A stretch of DNA of 24,777 bases from an uncultured Muribaculaceae bacterium (GCA_964574225.1 CAZNLZ010000001.1:1-24777); one strand, 5' to 3'; numbered from the stretch's first letter, positions 8,335 through 18,767 are shown. Notes: a model not told the origin generated them from the sequence alone. Numbers and translations are program-made.

Positions 8335-9513
8335 ATGAAAATATCGCCGATAGGTTACACTCCATACATTAATAAAGTACAGGTCGCAAAAGATAACAAG
8401 ACACCTGTGCCAAACTTTTTTTGTGTCTCCTGCCCAATTGAAAAAACACAAATAAGCAACATTTATTATCAACCAGTTAATTTTTCTGCAAAAAGAGAAA
8501 GAACATACCAATCAGATAAACCAAAATTAAAAGAACGTTCTGGCGATTTTCAGGTGTGTAAATTCAGTGATGTTCATTGTCCTGCCTGTGGAAAAATGAT
8601 GATGAACAGAACAAAGTTTGAAAGATTTTGCGATGATTTAGCCAATGTTCCACAAGATAAATACTTAGAATTTCTTGGCGAATATGAACCATATATGAGA
8701 CCAGTTGAAGCAAGCGTATATAGAGAAATCTGCGAAGAAAGTAAAAAAACCGGACAAAAAGACATTAGAGAACTTGTTGTTTCTCTTCGTGATCATAAAT
8801 TACCAATCTTGCAAGAAGCCCAAATGAAACTTGTAAACAAAATGGTTTCATTAGCAAGAACACTTCCTGAAGAAGAACAAAAAGCATTAATGTCAAAAAT
8901 CAATCGTTTAAAAGCTGAAATTAGAAGAAAAAATGCAGCTGCTCCTTTTAGAAGAAAAATAATGATTGACAGAATAAGCAAAGTAAAAATTAAGAATCCA
9001 AGAAAATATGAAAAATTACAAAGAATAGCGAAAAACTTCCCAACTTCATCTGATATGAACTCTGCTTGGATTGTTAAATATTCTGGTAAAAACAAATATA
9101 ACGAAGACTGGGATTCATACAGTATTTCAACAAGATTCTTGCAATCTTCTGTTGCAAATACTGACCATATTCTTGCATACGACATAGATAATACGCATGA
9201 TGATATTTCAAATTACATGGCAATGCATAATGCTTGTAATGGACAAAAGGGGAATAAGTCTTTTCTTCAATGGTTAAACGAAGATAAAGAAAACAGAATT
9301 AAGTATATGCAAACCTATTTTGATGATTGTAATGACTTAATTCAAACCAAAAGATTGAGAAAAAAGAAATACAGAAATTACGTTGCATATGCAACAGATA
9401 CAATATGGCATGTATCAAAAGGCGAAATAAAGTTAGATGCAACGCCTAAAACACATGTTCAACAAACAATGTACGCACAAGATGAATTTTACGACGAAGA
9501 AACAGAAGAATAA
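8335..9513 (+). CDS. HNH (McrA-like) endonuclease-family protein with a large helical insertion
   Basis: CPAC at aa 82-85, and TDHILAY...N...HNACNGQKGN from about aa 276. Confidence 0.72.
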   Translation: MKISPIGYTPYINKVQVAKDNKTPVPNFFCVSCPIEKTQISNIYYQPVNFSAKRERTYQSDKPKLKERSGDFQVCKFSDVHCPACGKMMMNRTKFERFCDDLANVPQDKYLEFLGEYEPYMRPVEASVYREICEESKKTGQKDIRELVVSLRDHKLPILQEAQMKLVNKMVSLARTLPEEEQKALMSKINRLKAEIRRKNAAAPFRRKIMIDRISKVKIKNPRKYEKLQRIAKNFPTSSDMNSAWIVKYSGKNKYNEDWDSYSISTRFLQSSVANTDHILAYDIDNTHDDISNYMAMHNACNGQKGNKSFLQWLNEDKENRIKYMQTYFDDCNDLIQTKRLRKKKYRNYVAYATDTIWHVSKGEIKLDATPKTHVQQTMYAQDEFYDEETEE

Positions 9514-9520
9514 ACACTAC

Positions 9521-10528
9521 TTATGCAATAACATCATAAGTTTGAAGTGATTGTTGTGCTGCCTTTTTCTTCAAGAAATTAAAATGTAATTTCTTTTCTG
9601 GTGGATGATTTGGAGATGTTTTAGCAATCGATGGGTCTCTCAATTCATATATTTCTTCAACTCTTGAAGCTAAAGTCAATGGAGATTGTTGATATAATTC
9701 AGCAGCATAGTCCATTTCTGGGTCTTGCACACCTTTTGAATGTTTTATCCAAAACTTAGTTGCTATTTCATATGCATCTTGCTCTTCTCTAACAGAAGTA
9801 TAAGGGTCTTTATCATGAGCATGAACAGATTCATGTGTTAAATACGCTGCAATTACTTGAGGTGAGGCATAGGTATATGTATCAGAAATAGTAATTTTGC
9901 TCTTGTAATTTTCATATTGAGCAATATTTGCAGTTCCACCCATTGAAGCAGTTTTTCCAAACTCAATAACAACACCACCTAACTCTTGCATATAAGCAGG
10001 TGTCATATAGTTAACTGTCATCTGTAAAGCTTCATTTAAATTTCTTTGAGCATATTCTTGCTTTTCTTTCAACGCTCTTTCTGGAGCAAAAACCGCTAGT
10101 TTGTCATTTTCAGCTTGTAAAATACTACGGTTTGCGAGGTCATTATTAGGCTCAAGTTCTAATGCTTTTTTAAAACTTGAAATTGCTTTGCCATAATAAC
10201 CTGACATACGCTGAGTTTCACCTAAATCAATCCAAACTTCTGTTTCATTTGGATTGGCTTCCAAATACTTTACCAAATGAGCTTCGGCAGAAGAATAATC
10301 CTTTAATTGATGATACGTTTTTCCTAATTTTCTATACAATACAACTTCATTTGGATTTTGCTTTAAAGCTTCAGAATAATATTTTAAAGCCTCACTCGCT
10401 TTATTCTCGTTCAAAGCACTATCCCCTTTTGACATAATGTCAGAAACATCAACAGCACAAAAAGCAGGACGCTTGCCCTGTATATTACTGTAATTTTTTA
10501 TGTGGGGATAAGAGTTAATTGATATCAA
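9521..10528 (-). CDS. TPR-repeat protein with a C-terminal HExxH zinc-metallopeptidase-like domain
   Basis: Three TPRs (ALKQNPN, YLEANPN, ALELEPNN), then THESVHAHD and a downstream EEQDAY. TTG start. Confidence 0.8.
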   Translation of the reverse strand: MISINSYPHIKNYSNIQGKRPAFCAVDVSDIMSKGDSALNENKASEALKYYSEALKQNPNEVVLYRKLGKTYHQLKDYSSAEAHLVKYLEANPNETEVWIDLGETQRMSGYYGKAISSFKKALELEPNNDLANRSILQAENDKLAVFAPERALKEKQEYAQRNLNEALQMTVNYMTPAYMQELGGVVIEFGKTASMGGTANIAQYENYKSKITISDTYTYASPQVIAAYLTHESVHAHDKDPYTSVREEQDAYEIATKFWIKHSKGVQDPEMDYAAELYQQSPLTLASRVEEIYELRDPSIAKTSPNHPPEKKLHFNFLKKKAAQQSLQTYDVIA

Positions 10529-10580
10529 TGCTTCTTCCTTTACCTCTGTTAGAAATCATCAAAAAAGGTTTTCTTGACAA

Positions 10581-10623
10581 AAAAAGACTGTATATGAAGA
10601 AATATTACATATACAGTCTTTTT
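10581..10623 (-). terminator. Intrinsic terminator after proS
   Basis: 16-bp inverted repeat AAAAAGACTGTATATG / CATATACAGTCTTTTT with a T-run on the minus strand, 10 nt after the proS stop. Confidence 0.8.
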
Positions 10624-10633
10624 GAATTATAAA

Positions 10634-12361
10634 TTAAAGTGCCAAAATTCTTGCAACTGCTTCTTCTGGAGAAATAGTTTCCATTTCGTTTGTTGCACGA
10701 GTTTTAAACTCTACTAAATTATCTTTTATTGTTTTACCAACAGTTATACGATATGGAATACCAATCAAATCGGCATCTTTCAGTTTTACGCCAGCACGTT
10801 CATCTCTGTCATCAATAATAACTTCGATATTTTTTGCTTTTAATTGTTGGTAAATATCTTCAGCAACTGACATTTGAGTTTCATCTTGATTGCTTACTGG
10901 AACAACAATAACTGTATATGGTGCAATTGCCAAAGGCCATTTAATACCAAATTCATCATGGTGTCTTTCAACTGCAGCAGCTGCTGTTCTTGAAATACCA
11001 ATACCATAACATCCCATAATAAATGGTTTTTCTTTGCCATCTTTATCTGTAAATGTTGCGTTCATAGCTTTTGAATATTTTGTACCAAGCTTAAAGATGT
11101 TACCAACTTCAATACCCTTTGTAACTTTTAATTCTGCACCACAGTCAACACATTTATCATTTTCTTCAACCAATCTGATATCAGCAATTGTTGTTGGAAG
11201 TTCAATATCAACACCCCAGTTTGCACCAACTAAGTGTTTATCAATTTGATTGCAACCTACTACAAAGTTTTTAAGGTCTTTTACTGTTTCATCAGCAACA
11301 ATTTCAACACCTTTTAATCCTTTTGGTCCAATAAATCCAGCAACAGCATTCAAACCGCTTGCATTCATTATTTCTTCAATTTCATCATTTCTAGCAATTC
11401 TTATATCATTGCCAGCAAATACGTTCATTAATTTAGTTTCTTCAACTGTTCTATCACCTCTAATTAAGGCAACAACGTATTTACCATCAACAACATAAAC
11501 CATTGATTTACAAATTACAGTTGTAGGAACATTTAAAAATTCTGCTAGTTCTTCAATTGTGTGAGCATTTGGAGTATCTACAATTTCAGCCTTAGCAAAT
11601 TTACCATCTATCTCAACAGCATTTAAGATTGAAACTGCGTGGTTAGAGTTTGCGCTGTATCCACATTTTGTACAATAGAATACATCATTTTCACCCGCAT
11701 TATTTTCAGATTCTTCATTAACAAGCACCATAAATTCGTGTGAAACACTGCCACCAATAGCGCCAGAGTCTGATTGAACCATTTTAGTTTCCAAACCGCA
11801 ACGCTCGAAAATATTTCTATATGCTTGAGCCATTACTTCATATGATTTATCCAAACCAGCCTCATCTGCGTCAAAGCTATAAGCATCCTTCATAATAAAT
11901 TCACGTCCACGCAATAAACCAAAACGAGGTCTGATTTCATCACGAAATTTAGATTGAATTTGATATAAATTAACAGGCAATTGTTTATATGAACGGATAC
12001 CTTCACGACCAATAGATGTAATAACTTCCTCGTGTGTTGGTCCAAGACACATTTCACGATTATGTCTATCTCTTAATCTCATTAACTCTTTGCCATATAC
12101 ATCCCATCTGCCAGATTCTTGCCACAATTCAGAAGGTTGAACAAAAGGCATTAAAAGTTCTTGCGCACCAGCATTGTCCATTTCTTCACGAACAATATTT
12201 TCTACCTTTTTAAGAACTCGCCACATTAAAGGCAAATAATTATATACCCCATTCGCAAGTTTTCTGATATAACCAGCTCTTACAAGCAATTTATGGCTCA
12301 TAACCTCAGCATCAGAAGGAAATTCTCTGAGTGTTTGAACAAAAAGTTTTGACATTCTCAT
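10634..12361 (-). CDS. proS: Prolyl-tRNA synthetase (bacterial type with editing insertion domain)
   Basis: MRMSKLF start, LGPTHEE, FRDEIRPRFGLLRGREFIMKDAYSF, GIEVGNIFKLG, MGCYGIG and DADLIGIP. Confidence 0.99.
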   Translation of the reverse strand: MRMSKLFVQTLREFPSDAEVMSHKLLVRAGYIRKLANGVYNYLPLMWRVLKKVENIVREEMDNAGAQELLMPFVQPSELWQESGRWDVYGKELMRLRDRHNREMCLGPTHEEVITSIGREGIRSYKQLPVNLYQIQSKFRDEIRPRFGLLRGREFIMKDAYSFDADEAGLDKSYEVMAQAYRNIFERCGLETKMVQSDSGAIGGSVSHEFMVLVNEESENNAGENDVFYCTKCGYSANSNHAVSILNAVEIDGKFAKAEIVDTPNAHTIEELAEFLNVPTTVICKSMVYVVDGKYVVALIRGDRTVEETKLMNVFAGNDIRIARNDEIEEIMNASGLNAVAGFIGPKGLKGVEIVADETVKDLKNFVVGCNQIDKHLVGANWGVDIELPTTIADIRLVEENDKCVDCGAELKVTKGIEVGNIFKLGTKYSKAMNATFTDKDGKEKPFIMGCYGIGISRTAAAAVERHHDEFGIKWPLAIAPYTVIVVPVSNQDETQMSVAEDIYQQLKAKNIEVIIDDRDERAGVKLKDADLIGIPYRITVGKTIKDNLVEFKTRATNEMETISPEEAVARILAL

Positions 12362-12407
12362 ATAAAACCGACCTCTATTCTCGTAATTTACATGAAAATA
12401 TTAACAC

Positions 12408-12436
12408 AAAAACCACTCATAAGAAGAGTGGTTTTT
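12408..12436 (-). terminator. Intrinsic terminator after the HD-GYP response regulator
   Basis: AAAAACCACTC-N7-GAGTGGTTTTT hairpin just downstream of the stop at 12454. Confidence 0.8.
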
Positions 12437-12453
12437 ATTTTTAAATTTAAATT

Positions 12454-13461
12454 CTATTTTGCAAATGTTTTACGTTCAAGCTCTTTTAACTCTCTCAAAC
12501 AAGGTGGCAGAATTTGCTCAAACTGTTCAACTACAATTGGGTCAAATTGTTTTCCAGAAAGAGCTTTTATTTTAGCTAAAGCTTCTGAAGGAACAACTTG
12601 TTGGCGATAAACCTTCGGTGTAACCATTGAATCAAAAGCATCTGCAACAGCAATTATTCTTGAACCAATTGGTATATCATCACCTTTTAAACCATAAGGA
12701 TAACCAGTTCCATCATAGAATTCATGGTGATATTTAATTATTTCAACAACGTCAGAAAGTTGTTTAATATCATCCAAAATTCTTACACTATGATGAACGT
12801 GTTTTTTAATTTCATCATATTCATCTTGAGTTAATCTTTCAACTTTGGCAAGAATATCATCAGAAACACCAATCATACCAATATCGTGCAACAATCCTGC
12901 CAATTCAATTTTTCCTGTTGTGGTTTCACTCAAATGAAGCGCTTTTGCCATTTTTACAGCATAGAAAGTAACTCTTCTACTTCTACCAAGCGTATATGAA
13001 TCTTTTGCATCTAAAGCTTCTACAATTGCTGTAATTGTTCCAGCAAATAATTCTTTTAAATCGTTTACCAATGCACCATTATCTGCCTTCAATTGCCAAT
13101 ATTCAAGCGCATTTTCAACAATTAACATCAATTCATCTGGATTATATGGTTTCTTTATATATCTATAAATTTTTGCGTAGTTAATTGCATCAATCAAAAT
13201 ACCAGCATCTGTGTATGCTGTAACTAGTAAACGCATTGTGTCTGGAGACATTTCTTGAGTGCGTTTTAAAAATTCCACACCATCCATTTCAGGCATTTTA
13301 TGGTCTGATAAAATACAATGAAAATGTTCTTGTTTTAACATTTCTAGCGCTAGAAGTGGAGATGTTGACTTCGCTATATCATACTTACCTCTTAATGTAC
13401 GATATAGAAGCGCCAAGTTATCCGGTTCGTCATCAACTATTAATACTTTATATTTATCCAT
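12454..13461 (-). CDS. REC + HD-GYP response regulator (RpfG-like c-di-GMP phosphodiesterase)
   Basis: REC: VDDE, SDHKMPEMDG, KP. HD-GYP: LLHDIG, HHEFYDGTGYP, IAVADAFD. Confidence 0.93.
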   Translation of the reverse strand: MDKYKVLIVDDEPDNLALLYRTLRGKYDIAKSTSPLLALEMLKQEHFHCILSDHKMPEMDGVEFLKRTQEMSPDTMRLLVTAYTDAGILIDAINYAKIYRYIKKPYNPDELMLIVENALEYWQLKADNGALVNDLKELFAGTITAIVEALDAKDSYTLGRSRRVTFYAVKMAKALHLSETTTGKIELAGLLHDIGMIGVSDDILAKVERLTQDEYDEIKKHVHHSVRILDDIKQLSDVVEIIKYHHEFYDGTGYPYGLKGDDIPIGSRIIAVADAFDSMVTPKVYRQQVVPSEALAKIKALSGKQFDPIVVEQFEQILPPCLRELKELERKTFAK

Positions 13462-15299
13462 TATTTATCTCCTTCGCTTAGCGCAGCCGTTTTTAGATTT
13501 TCTCTATCTATGTTAAGTGGAAGAGTTATTATAAATTTAGTTCCCTGACCAACTTTAGAACTAACGCTTATACTACCTTGATGATTTTTAATAATTTTAT
13601 GTGTTATAGACATTCCCAAACCTGTACCTTGACCAACAGGTTTTGTTGTGAAGAATGGGTCAAATACTTTACTAGCTGTTTCTTGATCCATTCCAACGCC
13701 GTTATCTTCTATTTCAAGCACAATATTTTTTCCAGAATCATCCTTGTTTATTCTAATCCAAATATCACCTTGTTTTTCAATAGCACCAACAGCATTATCT
13801 AGAATATTCATAAATACTTGGTTCAATTGACCACCAAAAGCCTCGATTTTTGGTACATTTTCCATATATTCTTTATGAACTTCTGCTTTATTTTTTATCT
13901 TATTATGTAAGATATTCAATGTCGTATCAATTTCAGCTGGAAGATTAACATCTGTAATAGAAACTTCTTCCATTCTTGAGAAACTCTTTAAATCTTGAAT
14001 AATATTTTTCGCTCTATCTGCACCTTCTTTACAGCTCTTTATCAATTCTGGCAAATCTGATTTTAAGAAATTATAATCAATTTCTTCAAGCATATCTTTG
14101 ATTGCAGATTGCTGTTCAGGTGTTAGAGAGTCAGCATATTTATTGTATTCTTCAATCATATTAATTAAATCATTAGAATAATTACTCAAATGGGTCATAT
14201 TTCCATAGATAAAGTTAATTGGATTGTTAATTTCGTGCATAATACCAGCAACCAACTCACCTAAAGACTTCATTTTTTCAGAGTGAACCATCATTGCTTG
14301 TGTGCTTTGAAGTTCTGCATAAGCACTTTTTAACTCTTTCGTTCTGTTTTGAACTTGATTTTCTAATGTTGAATATAAACGTTGAAGAGTATTTGTCATC
14401 TGATTATATGCTTCTGCAAGTTCGTTAAGTTCTTGGTATTTTGTCATTTCTATTCTACCTGACAAATCACCATCTTTAATCTTTGCAACTGTTTTTTCCA
14501 TTTCAGCCAAAGGTGCTGTAATTGTTCTTGAAAGAGTAAATGAAACAAATAATGTTATTAGCAACATCAAACTTGCTAAATACATAAGACCATTCCAGAA
14601 GTTGTCCTCAGCCAAATCAAATTCATTACTTTCTGCTGGGATACCAAGATGTAAATATGTTGCAGTTCCATTATTCTTATTCTCGTTTACAAGAACAGTA
14701 TATTTTTTCGCTTTTTCACAAGTATATCTGTTATTCATATACCTATCAACAGAATTATTTTGTTTATCTTTATAGTTATAAACTACTTTGTCAAAATCAA
14801 TTGTGAAACTATTAGCATTTTTTGGATTTTTATATTTATACCAATTTTGCGTATTTTCAGATTTCAAATCCAAAGACTTATCAACAATTTTATATGTGGC
14901 GAATCCATTCTTATCAACGCCAGTTCGTTCTGATACAACATAATAAATGATTTTTTGACCAGCATTAATATTATCATTAACCTCTGTCATAAGAGCCTGC
15001 CAATCACCATTAGCTAAAGTTCTTTTAAAACCATCTACTTTTTTCAAAGAATCTAAGGTAGCTTTATTTGCCAAATCATTTATGGTTACTTTTATTGTCA
15101 AACCCATAATCGCAGCAAAAGCCGCAATTACAGAAACTAACACAAATATAATTGTAATTGAAATTCTGTTAAAACCTTTAAATAACGATTGATTTTGTAT
15201 TTTCTTAATATCAATATCTTCCGGAGATACTGCATTTTCATTAGCCTTTGCAGTAGTTTTTGACTTTACTTTTAATTTTTTATTTTTTTTATTAAGCAA
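13461..15299 (-). CDS. Membrane sensor histidine kinase with HAMP domain
   Basis: Two TM helices and a HAMP domain. H-box HEINNP, N-box NILDNA, G1 DNGVGM, F/G2 FDPFFTTK..GTGLGM. Its stop overlaps the regulator ATG. Confidence 0.95.
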   Translation of the reverse strand: MLNKKNKKLKVKSKTTAKANENAVSPEDIDIKKIQNQSLFKGFNRISITIIFVLVSVIAAFAAIMGLTIKVTINDLANKATLDSLKKVDGFKRTLANGDWQALMTEVNDNINAGQKIIYYVVSERTGVDKNGFATYKIVDKSLDLKSENTQNWYKYKNPKNANSFTIDFDKVVYNYKDKQNNSVDRYMNNRYTCEKAKKYTVLVNENKNNGTATYLHLGIPAESNEFDLAEDNFWNGLMYLASLMLLITLFVSFTLSRTITAPLAEMEKTVAKIKDGDLSGRIEMTKYQELNELAEAYNQMTNTLQRLYSTLENQVQNRTKELKSAYAELQSTQAMMVHSEKMKSLGELVAGIMHEINNPINFIYGNMTHLSNYSNDLINMIEEYNKYADSLTPEQQSAIKDMLEEIDYNFLKSDLPELIKSCKEGADRAKNIIQDLKSFSRMEEVSITDVNLPAEIDTTLNILHNKIKNKAEVHKEYMENVPKIEAFGGQLNQVFMNILDNAVGAIEKQGDIWIRINKDDSGKNIVLEIEDNGVGMDQETASKVFDPFFTTKPVGQGTGLGMSITHKIIKNHQGSISVSSKVGQGTKFIITLPLNIDRENLKTAALSEGDK

Positions 15300-15371
15300 G
15301 ACTCTCGTGCACCTTAAATTTTATACTACCTTATAAGTATATTTAACAATATTTTTTAAGGTATGACAAGC

Positions 15372-15953
15372 CTATTTATTACTGTTTTCAATCTGTTTTC
15401 TAAAACAATATTGAACAAGTGCTATTCTGTCGTGACTAGAAATATTATTAAAACGTCCAGAAGATATAAAGCTATTGCCATTTGTTTCTATTCTTATAGG
15501 TTCAAAAGTGCATTTTGCTTTTTCATTATCAATTTTAATTTCAAACGAATATTCAGCCAATAAATCTAACTGTTCATCAGTTAAAACCTTAAACCCGCCA
15601 GCACTAAGGTCAATGATTTTAGCAACAATTTCCTTTTTATCTTTAACAAGAACCACTTCTTTATTTACATTAATTCTTGAATATTCGCGCCTTTGAAGGT
15701 ACCTATAATTTATAGGAAACCACATAGAAACGAGATTATCTTTTACTTCTTTTACTATTGTTTCAAAATACAATTGCCCCTTTGATGTCATTGCGAACAA
15801 TTCAACAGATTCATCAACCTCATATTTGCCATTTGCTTCAAGTTCAACTTCAAATTCTTCTTCATCAACTCGCACAACTTTGCATTTAGTAGCATTATCA
15901 ATGCTTCTTGATAAAATATTAAACTCTTTATTTTCTAAAATTTCACTTCTCAT
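15372..15953 (-). CDS. PilZ-domain c-di-GMP receptor (YcgR-like)
   Basis: QRREYSR (RxxxR) and DLSAGG (DxSxxG) motifs after an N-terminal beta domain. Confidence 0.88.
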   Translation of the reverse strand: MRSEILENKEFNILSRSIDNATKCKVVRVDEEEFEVELEANGKYEVDESVELFAMTSKGQLYFETIVKEVKDNLVSMWFPINYRYLQRREYSRINVNKEVVLVKDKKEIVAKIIDLSAGGFKVLTDEQLDLLAEYSFEIKIDNEKAKCTFEPIRIETNGNSFISSGRFNNISSHDRIALVQYCFRKQIENSNK

Positions 15954-15989
15954 AACTTCTCGTTTCTTTCTTTTAATGTAAGTTATTTT

Positions 15990-18602
15990 TTAGATTTTTT
16001 CAATAGCTTTTTCTGGTCCTAAAACAGTAAATACATATGGTTTAGAAAAATATTTATTTGCTGTTTTTATTATATCCTGTACACTAACTGAATTTATCAA
16101 TGCAGGATATTGTTCTAAGAATGTATAATTTCTTCCTGTAATTTCTAGCGAATTTACAACAGAAGCTTTGTCCATATTTGTTTCCATTGATAACACAAAG
16201 TTTCCAAGCAATTTATCCTTTGCCTCAGATAGTTCTTTATCTGTAACAAATTCTTTCTTTAATTTGTCAATTTCACCAAGCATACCAACTTGTGCTTGCT
16301 CAATATTCTTTGGATTTGTCGCTATATAAAGAGCAAAAACACCCTTATTTGTGTTGGCAGCAAAACTAGAACCAACTTGATAAGCAAGACCTTGTTCATC
16401 ACGCAATTGAACAAACAATCTTGAACTCATGCCAGACCCTAAAATTGAATCTATAACTTGAAGAGTAGCCCAATCTTTTAAGTTTGTTACACCATCAGTC
16501 AACCAACCATTAATCAACCAAGCCGCTTGGGTTTCTTTTTCTACCTTAACAACCTTTTTCTTTAATAATGGTCTATATTTGTTTTTAAAATTGGCCAAAT
16601 TAATTTTAGGACTATTATCATTTACCAATAATTCAGAAAAATAATTAATATATTCTTGCTCATCAACATTACCATTTATAGTTATTACAACATTTTGAGC
16701 AGGGAACAAACTCTTATAGAATTCTAAAACATCTTCTCTTTGAATTGAAGGAATAGTTTTTTCCAAAACTTTTCCAGTATTGCCATATGGAGTATCTTTC
16801 CAAACAGCCGTTTTAAATTCGTCAAAAGCCAATGAATCTGGAGTGTTTTTTTGATTTTTAATTGCAAATAACTTATCTGCTTTAACCCTTTCTACCTCAA
16901 AAGCATCAATTGAAGCTTCTTTTGCTACCTGAGAAAAAATATCAAGTGCCAAATCTTTTTCATTTTTTGTAAACTTTGTCACTAGGCTAAATGAATCTCC
17001 TCGTGCTGCTGGAGCCAAACGAATACCATTTTCTTCCAACAATAGTGATAATTCTTGATTTTTGTATTTTTTAGTACCTTTTAACATAGTTTCAGCAGTA
17101 ATAGAAGCAACTCCAGGAATTTTCTCTAAATTATTACCACCACGTGAAGCCATTTCTAATGCAATAATATCATTTGCTGTATTTTTAGTAATAACCAATA
17201 TTGCACCATTTTCTAGCTCATATTTTGTTGTTATTCCATCACTATTTAATATTTTTGCTTGATAGTTTTTAGGTTCTGTCTTTTTAATTTCAGGTTTACC
17301 TTCTTTTGATGGCAACACAATAGAAATAACCGCCTCATTTTGATTTAAGTACGTTTTTGCAACCCTTTTTAAATCTTCTGCTGTAACTTTGTTTATATTA
17401 TCTAAGTAATTCTTATAGTAAGAAATATCACCGGCAACAGTTATTGTATAGCCAATTTCACTAGCTATATTTGAAACAGATTCTCTTGAATAGTATGTAT
17501 CACGTTCAATGATATTTTTTGCTTTTTGAATTTCTTCTTCAGTGATTTCATTTTTTTGCAATTTTTCTATTTCTTCAAAAATAGCAGCCTTCAATCTTGG
17601 AATATCTTCTGTTAAATAATTCGCTGAAACATAAAAAATAGAATCATCTCTCATAGAAGAATGTGAAGATGAAATTGAATGAACAAGTTGTTTGTGTTCT
17701 TTTAGATTTTTATATAGTCGTGAAGATTTACCATCTCCCAAAATAGTTGCTAAAACATCTAACGCATAAGAATCTTTGCTATCAATCTTGTGACAACCTT
17801 TAAAACCAACCAAAATATATCCTGTCTCAACATTCATATCCAGTTTATTTTCTATTTGAGAAGAAGGTTTTTTATCCATTTTATATATTGGCTTATATGG
17901 TTTTACATTTACATCTACTGGTCTATTAAATTTTTCTTTTACAGCCGCTAATGCTTTTTGCGTATCAACATCGCCTATAATAACAGTTGTCATATTTTGA
18001 GGAACATACCAAGTATTATAAAAACCTAAAACTTGTTCTCTAGAAATTGTTGAAATAACTTCTTTTGTACCAATTACATCACGTTTGTATGGGTGAGAAC
18101 TATAAAATCCTTTAGCCATATTTCTATATAACTTTGTTGTTGGTCTATCATTATTTTTTGCAATTTCTTCTATTACAACTTTTCTTTCCTTTTCAAGTTC
18201 CTTTCTTGGAATTAAAGGATTTAAAAGCATATCAGAATGCAAATCTAAAGCCAAATCAAAATATTGAGAAGGAATTAAAATGTAATAATGAGTAAAATCC
18301 TTACTTGTTGCAGCATTTGTAACCGCACCTTTTGATTCAAGAATTCTATCAAATTCTTTAGCAGGATGTTTTGAGGTTCCCTTAAAAAATAAATGTTCTA
18401 AAAAGTGAGCCACACCATTATTTTCATCAGTTTCATTGATTGAACCTGTTTTTATCCAAGTATCAATGATAACAATAGGGTTATCGTGAACTTCTTTTAT
18501 AACAACCTTTTGCCCATTATCTAAACTATATGTTGAATAATCAGCAGCAAAAGAAACTAAGCCCACTAAAACAAAAGCTATACTTAGAAAAATTCTTATC
18601 AT
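15990..18602 (-). CDS. Secreted M16 family zinc peptidase (fused active and inactive halves)
   Basis: Signal peptide, GVAHFLEHLFFKGT (HxxEH), NAATSKD and ERKVVIEE. The second half lacks HxxEH and contains LRDEQGLAY. Confidence 0.93.
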   Translation of the reverse strand: MIRIFLSIAFVLVGLVSFAADYSTYSLDNGQKVVIKEVHDNPIVIIDTWIKTGSINETDENNGVAHFLEHLFFKGTSKHPAKEFDRILESKGAVTNAATSKDFTHYYILIPSQYFDLALDLHSDMLLNPLIPRKELEKERKVVIEEIAKNNDRPTTKLYRNMAKGFYSSHPYKRDVIGTKEVISTISREQVLGFYNTWYVPQNMTTVIIGDVDTQKALAAVKEKFNRPVDVNVKPYKPIYKMDKKPSSQIENKLDMNVETGYILVGFKGCHKIDSKDSYALDVLATILGDGKSSRLYKNLKEHKQLVHSISSSHSSMRDDSIFYVSANYLTEDIPRLKAAIFEEIEKLQKNEITEEEIQKAKNIIERDTYYSRESVSNIASEIGYTITVAGDISYYKNYLDNINKVTAEDLKRVAKTYLNQNEAVISIVLPSKEGKPEIKKTEPKNYQAKILNSDGITTKYELENGAILVITKNTANDIIALEMASRGGNNLEKIPGVASITAETMLKGTKKYKNQELSLLLEENGIRLAPAARGDSFSLVTKFTKNEKDLALDIFSQVAKEASIDAFEVERVKADKLFAIKNQKNTPDSLAFDEFKTAVWKDTPYGNTGKVLEKTIPSIQREDVLEFYKSLFPAQNVVITINGNVDEQEYINYFSELLVNDNSPKINLANFKNKYRPLLKKKVVKVEKETQAAWLINGWLTDGVTNLKDWATLQVIDSILGSGMSSRLFVQLRDEQGLAYQVGSSFAANTNKGVFALYIATNPKNIEQAQVGMLGEIDKLKKEFVTDKELSEAKDKLLGNFVLSMETNMDKASVVNSLEITGRNYTFLEQYPALINSVSVQDIIKTANKYFSKPYVFTVLGPEKAIEKI

Positions 18603-18767
18603 TTTATTTCCTCAACTTATCCCCAATACAAATATTATACACACAAACGAATAAACTCTGACAACAAATAAACTAGCCTTCATAGATAGTTCTTAACATT
18701 CAGTAAAAAAAAGGCAATCCATTGAAAGGAAAATACTTTATCTATATATACAAAGAAACATCGGAAT

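Noticed and set aside
8147..8511. Short ORFs 8147-8338 (+) and 8218-8511 (-)
   Set aside because: Their Phe/Lys-biased translations come from T/A tracts, and they overlap the HNH gene start.
12362..12453. T-box or other riboswitch upstream of proS
   Set aside because: The spacer is only 92 bp, is explained by the upstream operon's terminator, and has no T-box consensus.
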